Of a stretch of 14,343 nucleotides of DNA, positions 1 to 7,411 are shown piece by piece. This DNA is from Calditrichaceae bacterium (GTDB lineage: Bacteria > Calditrichota > Calditrichia > Calditrichales > JBFXGD01). Within the stretch, counting starts at the first letter, position 1, and each line of letters starts with the position of its first letter. A model generated the notes under the pieces. It worked only from the letters and a program-made list of their open reading frames with translations. It was not told where the DNA came from and made no database searches. The stretch covers positions 1-14,343 of the forward strand of contig JBFXGD010000084.1 in assembly GCA_050178385.1 (NCBI GenBank), read 5' to 3'. Made by a program: the position numbers and the translations under genes.

Positions 1-438
1 GCGTCCCTGCTTGGAATCAAGATTGATAAGCGCATCCAGACTGGAGCGCAGCATGCTTTTTGCTATTTCACCCATTTCTCTGAAATTAAATTCAAAATCA
101 ACGGACGGATAGTCGTGCAGATCAATCGCGCGCTGGGCGATGTTCGAAGCAAGATCTCCCACTCTTTCCAGTTCACTGTTTATCTTGAGCACGGCGACCA
201 CATAGCGAAGATCGATGGCGACCGGCTGGTGCAAAGCCAGAATTTTCAGACATTCCTCTTCCACTTCAACTTCCATATCGTCTATTTTTGTATCATTCCT
301 GATAATTTCCCTGGCCAGTTCCGCATCATCACTGTCCAGAGCCAGAACCGCGTTCTGCACAGTCTCTTCAACCATGGCGCCAAGTGTGAGAATTTTTTTC
401 TTCAAATTCTCAATGGCCTTGTGTAAATGGATCGTCAT
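1..438 (-). CDS. phoU: Phosphate signalling/transport regulator PhoU (N-terminal 146 codons; continues off the left edge)
   Basis: Not in the ORF track; translated by hand from ATG at 438: MTIHLHKAIENLKKKILTLGAMVEETVQNAVLALDSDDAELAREIIRNDTKIDDMEVEVEEECLKILALHQPVAIDLRYVVAVLKINSELERVGDLASNIAQRA... Has the PhoU motifs QPVAxDLR and LERVGD. AAGGGAG RBS; lies directly after pstB. Confidence 0.96.
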   Translation of the reverse strand, partial: MTIHLHKAIENLKKKILTLGAMVEETVQNAVLALDSDDAELAREIIRNDTKIDDMEVEVEEECLKILALHQPVAIDLRYVVAVLKINSELERVGDLASNIAQRAIDLHDYPSVDFEFNFREMGEIAKSMLRSSLDALINLDSKQGR

Positions 439-455
439 AATAATGCTCCCTTAAA

Positions 456-1274
456 TCAACCAAATCGACCGGTAATATAATTTTCTGTCTGTTTTTCTTT
501 TGGGTTTGTGAATAGCTGATCGGTCACTCCGTATTCAACAATATGCCCTTCGTAGAAGAACGCAGTATAATCAGATATACGCGCCGCCTGCTGCATATTG
601 TGCGTTACGATAGTAATGGTATATTTTTCCCTGAGTGATAAAATCAGTTCTTCAATTTTTGCTGTCGCCACAGGATCGATGGCCGATGTCGGCTCATCCA
701 TCAAAAGAACTTCCGGTTCAACCGCGATGGCTCTGGCGATGCAAAGCCGCTGCTGCTGTCCTCCGGAAAGAGCCGTTCCCGGACTGCTTAACTTATCCTT
801 GACCTCTTTCCATAAGGCGGCCTGCTGAAGCGCCGCTTCCACTTTGGAAGCAATCTCCCCTTTACTGAGTTTGTAATGCAGACGCAATCCGTAGGCAACG
901 TTATCAAACACTGTCATCGGAAACGGAGTCGGTTTCTGGAAAATCATCCCCACGCGTTTACGAAGATCGATTAGGTCCTGATCCTCCGACAAAATATTCA
1001 CCCCGTCAAGCAGAACTTCACCTTCGGCGCGCTGATCCCTGTACAGCTCATATATCCTGTTATAAACACGCAGATGGGTTGATTTTCCGCATCCGGATGG
1101 TCCAATCACCGCCGTCACTTTTCCCGGCTTTATTTCTATGGTGTTATTAAAAAGCGCCTGGTGATTGCCATAGAAAAAATTCAGGTTCTTAACGGAGATA
1201 TGACCCCTCATTTTTTCAGGGACGGTCTCTGTCAGTTTTGGCATCTGTTTTACGGTATCGGCTATCTGGTTCAA
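456..1274 (-). CDS. pstB: Phosphate ABC transporter ATP-binding protein
   Basis: Walker A GPSGCGKS, signature [14 protein letters not shown], Walker [13 protein letters not shown], PstB-typical FQKPTPFPM and C-terminal YITGRFG. TTG start with a purine-rich RBS; a slightly downstream ATG (MPKL) is an alternative start. Confidence 0.97.
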   Translation of the reverse strand: MNQIADTVKQMPKLTETVPEKMRGHISVKNLNFFYGNHQALFNNTIEIKPGKVTAVIGPSGCGKSTHLRVYNRIYELYRDQRAEGEVLLDGVNILSEDQDLIDLRKRVGMIFQKPTPFPMTVFDNVAYGLRLHYKLSKGEIASKVEAALQQAALWKEVKDKLSSPGTALSGGQQQRLCIARAIAVEPEVLLMDEPTSAIDPVATAKIEELILSLREKYTITIVTHNMQQAARISDYTAFFYEGHIVEYGVTDQLFTNPKEKQTENYITGRFG

Positions 1275-1275
1275 A

Positions 1276-2121
1276 CTATTGCTTCCTTTCCTTTAACACA
1301 AATCTCGTCAGTAACGTCACAAATAAAACCGCGAGGGTTATCAGCAAAGACGCTCCCCAGGCCATCTGCTGCCAGTCGGGATAAGGCGACATGGCGTAAT
1401 TAAATATCGTGACCGTCAAATTCGCGGTTGAATCGTTTAGCATACCCGGCCAGTAGGGACTGTTTAAGGCGGTGAATAAAAGCGGGGCGGTCTCACCGCT
1501 GACACGGGCAATGGCTAATAACACGCCAGTGATCATACCGGTTTTGGCTCCGCGAAAAACGATGGTCAGTGTAACTTTCCATCTAGGTGAACCGAGCGCC
1601 AGAGCGGATTCCCTTAAAGCGTTCGGAACCATTTGCAGCATATCTTCAGTGGTTCTCGCCACCACGGGAAGCATAATGACCGCCAGCGCGACGCTTCCTG
1701 AATAACCGGAAAAATGTCCCACCGGCACAACCAAAATGGTGTAAACAAAAACTCCAATAATAATTGAGGGAGTACCCATCAGAATATTGGAAAAAAATCT
1801 CACCCATTCCGAAAATTTTGACTGGTATCCGAACTCGCTTAAATAGATACCCGCCAGAAGCCCCATCGGCACACCAAGAATGGTGGCCAGGAAGGTAATC
1901 AGCAAGGTCCCGATCATCGCGTTGGCCAATCCCCCGCCTTCCATCCCCGGCGGAGTGGGCAATTCAGTAAAAAACGGGATATTTATCGCGCTGAAACCCC
2001 TTATTATGATCTCAAAGATAATCCAGACAAGGATAAACAATCCAAGGACCGCGGAAATCCCAGACAGAATGCTGACGAGAGCATTCTTAAATTTCCGGTA
2101 TCTGTGGGAGCGTCCGTTCAT
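1276..2121 (-). CDS. pstA: Phosphate ABC transporter permease PstA
   Basis: Multiple TM helices, [13 protein letters not shown]-like loop [26 protein letters not shown]. Start placed at ATG 2121 (ATGA overlap with the pstC stop) rather than the track start at 2157. Confidence 0.95.
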   Translation of the reverse strand: MNGRSHRYRKFKNALVSILSGISAVLGLFILVWIIFEIIIRGFSAINIPFFTELPTPPGMEGGGLANAMIGTLLITFLATILGVPMGLLAGIYLSEFGYQSKFSEWVRFFSNILMGTPSIIIGVFVYTILVVPVGHFSGYSGSVALAVIMLPVVARTTEDMLQMVPNALRESALALGSPRWKVTLTIVFRGAKTGMITGVLLAIARVSGETAPLLFTALNSPYWPGMLNDSTANLTVTIFNYAMSPYPDWQQMAWGASLLITLAVLFVTLLTRFVLKERKQ

Positions 2122-3065
2122 TGTACCCCCATGGATTTTTTGACTTTCCGCAGCCATAGCTGAGAAATCACCTGGATGATAAACGTGATCAGAAAAAGCA
2201 CCAATCCCAATTCAATCAGAGAACTCATATACATGGGCTCCGACGCCTCTGCAAATTCATTCGCCAGCGTTGCGGTGATACTGTTGGCCGGCGCGAACAG
2301 GGATGGTGAAATATGATGGCTGTTCCCGATAACAAATGTGACCGCCATGGTCTCACCGATAGCTCTTCCAAGCCCCAGAAAGGTCGCGCCGATGATTCCC
2401 TGAATTCCGTACCTGATGGTCACCTTTTTTGTCACTTCCCAGGTCGTCGATCCCATTCCATAGGATGATTCCTTCACAACAGCAGGGACCATGACAAATA
2501 CATCCCTTATTACGGAACTGATAAAAGGCAGGATCATAATCGCCAGGATAATCCCGGCGGTGAACATCCCGATTCCTATTGGAGGGCCTTCCAGAAATAT
2601 ATTATTTCCAAAAACAGTCTTCAGAGCGGGATGAATATATTTTGAAATAAAGGGCGCGAATACAAACAGCCCCCACATGCCGTATATGATACTGGGAATG
2701 GCAGCGAGCAATTCGATCGCGGCTCCGAAAAACTTACTGACCGCCGGGTGTGCGAGTTCAACCAGAAACAGCGCGATGGCAATGCTTAAGGGAACGGCGA
2801 TGATCATCGCGATCAGTGTTGAGACAATTGTTCCGTAAATACTGCTCGCTGCACCGAATATACCTTTAACGGGATCCCAGACGTTGGTGTACAGAAATCC
2901 CGCGCCAAACTTTTGAATGGATGGCCATGAGTTTACAAGAAGCTGCAAAAATATGGCCGCCATTATCAGCAGAATAAACGCAGCGCCGATGATCGTGATG
3001 ACCTTAAAGATGGCATCTGTCCTGTTTTGAGTGCTTCTTTCCTGAATGAGTTTGCTAAAATCCAT
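2118..3065 (-). CDS. pstC: Phosphate ABC transporter permease PstC
   Basis: ELLAAIPSIIYGMWGLF, GLGRAIGETMAVTFVIGN and LANEFAEA motifs; located between pstS and pstA. Confidence 0.96.
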   Translation of the reverse strand: MDFSKLIQERSTQNRTDAIFKVITIIGAAFILLIMAAIFLQLLVNSWPSIQKFGAGFLYTNVWDPVKGIFGAASSIYGTIVSTLIAMIIAVPLSIAIALFLVELAHPAVSKFFGAAIELLAAIPSIIYGMWGLFVFAPFISKYIHPALKTVFGNNIFLEGPPIGIGMFTAGIILAIMILPFISSVIRDVFVMVPAVVKESSYGMGSTTWEVTKKVTIRYGIQGIIGATFLGLGRAIGETMAVTFVIGNSHHISPSLFAPANSITATLANEFAEASEPMYMSSLIELGLVLFLITFIIQVISQLWLRKVKKSMGVQ

Positions 3066-3083
3066 TATTTCCTGTCATTCCTT

Positions 3084-3119
3084 AAAAAGGAAAGAGGGCG
3101 CATTAAACGCCTCTCTTCC
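3084..3119 (-). terminator. Imperfect stem-loop with U-tract between pstS and pstC (partial terminator or mRNA stabiliser)
   Basis: Minus strand reads GGAAGAGAGGCG-TTTAATG-CGCCCTCTTTCC-TTTTT, an 11-bp stem with two single-base bulges followed by T5. Confidence 0.6.
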
Positions 3120-3145
3120 GGTCAGTTTAAGTATTCCCCCGGCCG

Positions 3146-4225
3146 TTACTGCCAGATACTTTTACCTTCGGATTTAATTTCACTCTTCCATGTTTCCTCT
3201 ACGAGCGCGATGACATTCTCGGGTATCGGGACATAGTGCAGGTTTACCGCCAGACTCTGACCGTGGCGGTAACTCCACTCAAAGAATTCGAGTACCCGTT
3301 TCGCGGTCGTCGGGCTGCTTTGTTCCTTATGCATCAAAATGAACGACGCTCCGGTTATGGGCCATGACGTTTCACCGGGCTGATCGGTCAGAACCAGGTA
3401 ATATCCCGGGGCGTTCTGCCAATCGGCATTTGCGGCGGCCGCCTGAAATGATTCAATGGTTGGGCCGACATAATTTCCCGCTTTATTTTGAAGAAGTACA
3501 TAGTTCATTTTATTCTGTAACGCATAGGCATATTCAACATAACCAATGGCGCCATCCGTTTTTTTAACAAAAGCAGCGACACCTTCATTGCCTTTACCCG
3601 CCAGGCCCGCGGCATCCGGCCATGCCGGAGCTTTCCCGAATCCGACTTTCTCTTCCCATTCCTTTGATACCTTTGCAAGATAGTTTGTAAAAATCCATGT
3701 AGTACCTGAACCATCGGCCCGGCGTACAGTGGTGATCGCTTTATCCGGCAGCGTCATGTCGGGATTGTTTTGCTTAATTTGAGGATCATTCCATTTTTTA
3801 ATTTTTCCAAGATAGATATCGGCCAGATTCTGAGCGGTAACTTTTAGAGTTCCTTCAGCGATTCCCGGCACATTAATCACCGGTACAACACCGCCGATGA
3901 CCATCGGAAACTGAATCAGACCGCCTTCATTAAGTTCATCGACCTGTAGCGGCGCGTCAGACGCCCCAAAATCAACGGTATTGGCTTTGATCTGCGCGAT
4001 ACCGCCGCCGGATCCGATGGACTGATAATTGAGCCTGGCGCCATATAATTTTTCGTATTTATAAGCCCACTGAGAATAGATCGGATACGGGAATGATGCT
4101 CCGGCTCCGTTAATAACAGCGGTTTCCGCTTTTTCTTCAGATGTTTTGGATGTGCAGTTTGTCAGTGAAAAGGACATAAACACAAGTATAAGCAAAGTTG
4201 ATGTAAGGCTTAAAAATTTCTTCAT
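3146..4225 (-). CDS. pstS: Phosphate ABC transporter substrate-binding protein, probably a lipoprotein
   Basis: GAGASFPYP, YQSIGSGGG, DFGASDAPL, RADGSGTT and GAIGYVEYAY motifs. Signal peptide ends in lipobox-like LTN-C. AGGAG RBS at 4232-4236. Confidence 0.97.
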   Translation of the reverse strand: MKKFLSLTSTLLILVFMSFSLTNCTSKTSEEKAETAVINGAGASFPYPIYSQWAYKYEKLYGARLNYQSIGSGGGIAQIKANTVDFGASDAPLQVDELNEGGLIQFPMVIGGVVPVINVPGIAEGTLKVTAQNLADIYLGKIKKWNDPQIKQNNPDMTLPDKAITTVRRADGSGTTWIFTNYLAKVSKEWEEKVGFGKAPAWPDAAGLAGKGNEGVAAFVKKTDGAIGYVEYAYALQNKMNYVLLQNKAGNYVGPTIESFQAAAANADWQNAPGYYLVLTDQPGETSWPITGASFILMHKEQSSPTTAKRVLEFFEWSYRHGQSLAVNLHYVPIPENVIALVEETWKSEIKSEGKSIWQ

Positions 4226-4273
4226 GAGATACTCCTATAATTAGATTTTATAAGCCTGATATTAGCTTGCGAT

Positions 4274-4301
4274 TATTAGATTATTGTTAGGATTGTGTTA
4301 A
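4274..4301 (-). promoter_or_regulatory. Putative Pho box (PhoB/PhoP-type direct repeats) upstream of pstS
   Basis: Minus strand TTAACA-caatc-CTAACA-ataat-CTAATA: three hexamers at an exact 11-bp period, about 50-75 bp upstream of the pstS ATG. Resembles the TT(A/T)ACA-N5 PhoP box. Confidence 0.7.
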
Positions 4302-4427
4302 TTTTGAGATTCGTAGCGAAATTTAATATAAATGAATGCGGATGTATAAGGAAAGATGAAAAAAGATTTAAATGTGTAAACTCTACTTTTTATCCAGATG
4401 TTCTAAGGGTGAAGTATCATTACCGGG

Positions 4428-5741
4428 TCAGACCGGTTCCTTCATTTCCCCTCCAAACTTGATTCCTATTTGCTTCATCAGCTTAAAGGGCGGTTCGCCC
4501 CCGGCAAAAATAAAAACATAAGAGTTGGATATCTCAGTCTCTTTCCCGCCCTCCTTTATAATGACAGTCGTTTCATCAATACGGGTAATTTCGGAGTTAA
4601 ATTTAACATTGATTTTCCCGCTCTCCGTCATTTGCTGAATACGTTCCTCATTGCGCTTTTTTATCCTGAAAAATTTATCTTTTCTGTAGGATAAGGTGAC
4701 CGTGTTGCCTTCCTGCCTGGCCAATCCGATTGCCGCCTCAATGGCGCTGTCACCTCCGCCTATAACAAGCAAATTTTCTTTTGTGTAGGCTTCCGCGTCG
4801 ATTAATTTATACATAACCTTTGGAAGATTTTCACCGGGGATATTTAATTTTCGTGGTGTGCCTCTTCTCCCGAGGGCGAGTATCACATAACGTGAACGGT
4901 AATTGTTGCCGGATGTTTTAATCTTAAAACCGCTGCCGTTTTTTTCGATGTGTTCGAGCTTCTCCTTTATATGAAGATTCAGATCAAATTTTGTTTCTAT
5001 CTCTTCCCAAATATCCAGAAGCTCTTCCTTGGTGTACTCAGGATGTTTTAACCAGCCGTACATGGGTAGTTCCACCGGTTTGGTCATCACTAATTTTTTA
5101 CGTGGATAATGGAGTATCGTCCCGCCCGCGCCCTGCTGATCGATAACAAGAAAGGATAAATTGTGTTTTTTAGCGGTCAGTGCCGCGCTCAGTCCGGCCG
5201 GTCCCGCGCCAACAATTATTAAGTCATGCGTGGAAGCATCCTGTCCGGGATGATTCACTTTTGACGCGATATGTTCGGCCACTTTTCGTCCCTGATTAAT
5301 CGCGTTTCTTATCAGAGCCAGGCCACCAAGCTCGCCGGCGATGTAAAGCCCTTCTATATTTGTTTCATTGAATTCGGTCATCACAGGGATGTCGTCACGG
5401 GATTTGATATCTCCAAGACCAACCTTGATCGCGCCAACCGGGCAGGCTTCCTCACACAAGCCATGACCAACACATTTCAGACCGTTTATGATGGTCGCTT
5501 TGCCGCCGACGATACCCAGGACACTGCCTTCGGGACAGGCCGCGACACAAGATCCGCAGCCGATACATTGCCACTGGTCAATCTGCGGATACTGGGCGAC
5601 CGGTTTATCGGCCCCCAGGCGTACCGCCTCCTTTTTTCGGTACAAATCTTTCTTTTGCGTCTTCCTGAATCGGAGATAATATGGTAAGAATATTGCCAGA
5701 CCAACGACAAGAGTAATAGTATATATAAAGATTGTTTCCAT
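4428..5741 (-). CDS. Membrane-anchored dicluster ferredoxin / FAD-dependent NAD(P)H oxidoreductase (TrxR/FNR-like fold, no CxxC)
   Basis: N-terminal TM helix followed by basic residues; CIGCGSCVAACP and CVGHGLCEEACP Fe-S motifs; FAD motif IIVGAGPAG; LALGRRG; NADPH-type motif VIGGGDSA followed by SYRKDKFFR. Confidence 0.88.
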   Translation of the reverse strand: METIFIYTITLVVGLAIFLPYYLRFRKTQKKDLYRKKEAVRLGADKPVAQYPQIDQWQCIGCGSCVAACPEGSVLGIVGGKATIINGLKCVGHGLCEEACPVGAIKVGLGDIKSRDDIPVMTEFNETNIEGLYIAGELGGLALIRNAINQGRKVAEHIASKVNHPGQDASTHDLIIVGAGPAGLSAALTAKKHNLSFLVIDQQGAGGTILHYPRKKLVMTKPVELPMYGWLKHPEYTKEELLDIWEEIETKFDLNLHIKEKLEHIEKNGSGFKIKTSGNNYRSRYVILALGRRGTPRKLNIPGENLPKVMYKLIDAEAYTKENLLVIGGGDSAIEAAIGLARQEGNTVTLSYRKDKFFRIKKRNEERIQQMTESGKINVKFNSEITRIDETTVIIKEGGKETEISNSYVFIFAGGEPPFKLMKQIGIKFGGEMKEPV

Positions 5742-5795
5742 TTATTGAATTTCCTGAGATGGACAGTTTAAAACGACCGCTTTGTTTTATCGATC

Positions 5796-7403
5796 TTAAA
5801 ACCTGAAACCGGCTTCGGCGGTTATACGATGTCCTTTTGTATCATCTCCCCAATCATACTCATACTGGGAAGATATAAAAAAATGTCTGCTTAATTCTAT
5901 TTGTCCGTTGAATCTGAACCATTGATTTAGGTAATTGTTGTCAGTTGCTTTCAGATTGTAATAATAATTCCCGTATGTGATACCAAAAATATGTCCGTCA
6001 TTGAATGTTTTACTAATCCGGATTGAGGGATTATACCCGGCTGTATAATAATTTGAAAAACCGGACACACTAAACTGAAGCAGCATCCCCTGACGGAAAA
6101 AATTCATCTTATTCAGTCCGGCCGAATATGAGTATGTGTTTTCTGAGTCATTCTCCCGGTTTCGGATGCCGAATCCGGCAGATAACCGGTAATCATCTAA
6201 AAGTTTGATATAAATATTTGTTCTTATCCCCTGTCTGAAAGCGTCGTCAAAAAGACTGTCCGCCATAGTGCGCAGGTCATAGGTATAATAATTTTTGCGA
6301 TTGTCATAGGATAAAGAGGCATTCACGCCGTCCGAGAACCGGTACCGGCCCGATAAATATAATCCCGACAATGAGATATTTTCGTTTGTACGGTCTTTGC
6401 GCCAGTCGCGATTCAGATCAATTTCGGCGCTTTGATAGAAGGACCATTTTTTCCCGGAAACATAATTATTCTGCAGGTAAAGGAATTCCCGGCTGACGGT
6501 GCTTCCATGATATTCACCCGCCAGGGCCAGTGTCGATTCAAGTCGCTCTGCGCCGTAATCTCCGTTCAGATAAGTGAGATACGCGCCGTATTTTTGAATA
6601 GATGTTTGAAAATCCGAATACTGCCATTCCGGTTGAGTTCCGGCGAATACACCGAGACTAAGTTGTTTTAGCATATTGTACTGCAGAAGCAGACCGTCAA
6701 TATAACCCACACCACTGAATTTATTTGAGATGATGCGTCCTAATTTATAATTGAAAAGGGCAGTTTGATCATCGTAGGAAAAAGACAGTTCATAAATCCG
6801 GTTTCGCCATTCATCAGACGGTACATGACTGTTGTAGCTTCTTTCTCTTTTATCGTAACGGGTTCTGGTTTTAAGAATAAAATTGTAGCTTTTACCCCAG
6901 AGTTGTCGCGCCTTCAAATTTACGCGGAATGTCGGTTGGCTGAAGTTCAGTCCGGCATCGGTCAAATCTTCAAAATGGTACAATTGCATCGAAATGCTGC
7001 CGTGTACATTCGATTTGGAGCGTTTGATGCTTTTGGCTGGCTTTTCCGACCAGACGCGCTGCCGGGATTGCAGTGAATCTTTTGATACTTCTGATGTTTC
7101 GCTCAGGACCGGCAGCTTAACGATGTCTCCGGGTTTTACATCCGCGGATGATTCAATCACCCTGCATGAAGATGAATGGCCTGCCACAAATACGATTTCC
7201 ATTTCCGCGATAATTTTGTCCCCCCTGCTGACAGACAAACGCATTCCTGCGGAAAGACCGTCTGTCTCACCGGCATCAATATAAACATGGTCGGCAGACA
7301 GATATTTTACCTTTGCGGTCCGCTCTCCGGTTTGGGAAAACCCCATCCCGATCATCAGCAATATGACGATCAATATTAAATATTTCATACATTCAACTTT
7401 CAT
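5796..7403 (-). CDS. Outer-membrane beta-barrel (porin-like) protein with a small N-terminal beta domain
   Basis: Sec signal peptide (alternative start ATG 7388, MKYLIL); about 400 aa of alternating amphipathic, aromatic-rich strands; C-terminal beta-signal AEAGFRF ending in Phe; adjacent to multiheme cytochromes. Confidence 0.85.
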   Translation of the reverse strand: MKVECMKYLILIVILLMIGMGFSQTGERTAKVKYLSADHVYIDAGETDGLSAGMRLSVSRGDKIIAEMEIVFVAGHSSSCRVIESSADVKPGDIVKLPVLSETSEVSKDSLQSRQRVWSEKPAKSIKRSKSNVHGSISMQLYHFEDLTDAGLNFSQPTFRVNLKARQLWGKSYNFILKTRTRYDKRERSYNSHVPSDEWRNRIYELSFSYDDQTALFNYKLGRIISNKFSGVGYIDGLLLQYNMLKQLSLGVFAGTQPEWQYSDFQTSIQKYGAYLTYLNGDYGAERLESTLALAGEYHGSTVSREFLYLQNNYVSGKKWSFYQSAEIDLNRDWRKDRTNENISLSGLYLSGRYRFSDGVNASLSYDNRKNYYTYDLRTMADSLFDDAFRQGIRTNIYIKLLDDYRLSAGFGIRNRENDSENTYSYSAGLNKMNFFRQGMLLQFSVSGFSNYYTAGYNPSIRISKTFNDGHIFGITYGNYYYNLKATDNNYLNQWFRFNGQIELSRHFFISSQYEYDWGDDTKGHRITAEAGFRF

Positions 7404-7411
7404 ACAATTTC

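Noticed and set aside
115..454. Plus-strand ORFs 115-426 and 215-454
   Set aside because: Antisense shadows of phoU, which occupies 1-438 on the minus strand.
2122..2157. Track start of pstA at 2157
   Set aside because: It would overlap pstC by 40 bp; ATG 2121 gives a typical ATGA coupling with a G-rich RBS.
4428..5741. Annotation as thioredoxin reductase trxB
   Set aside because: No CxxC in the NADPH domain, extra TM and ferredoxin domains, and permuted motif order.
598..7379. Numerous 60-140 aa ORFs overlapping the pst genes, flavoprotein and porin (plus strand and alternative minus frames)
   Set aside because: They lie wholly or largely within well-supported genes and show no recognisable motifs.
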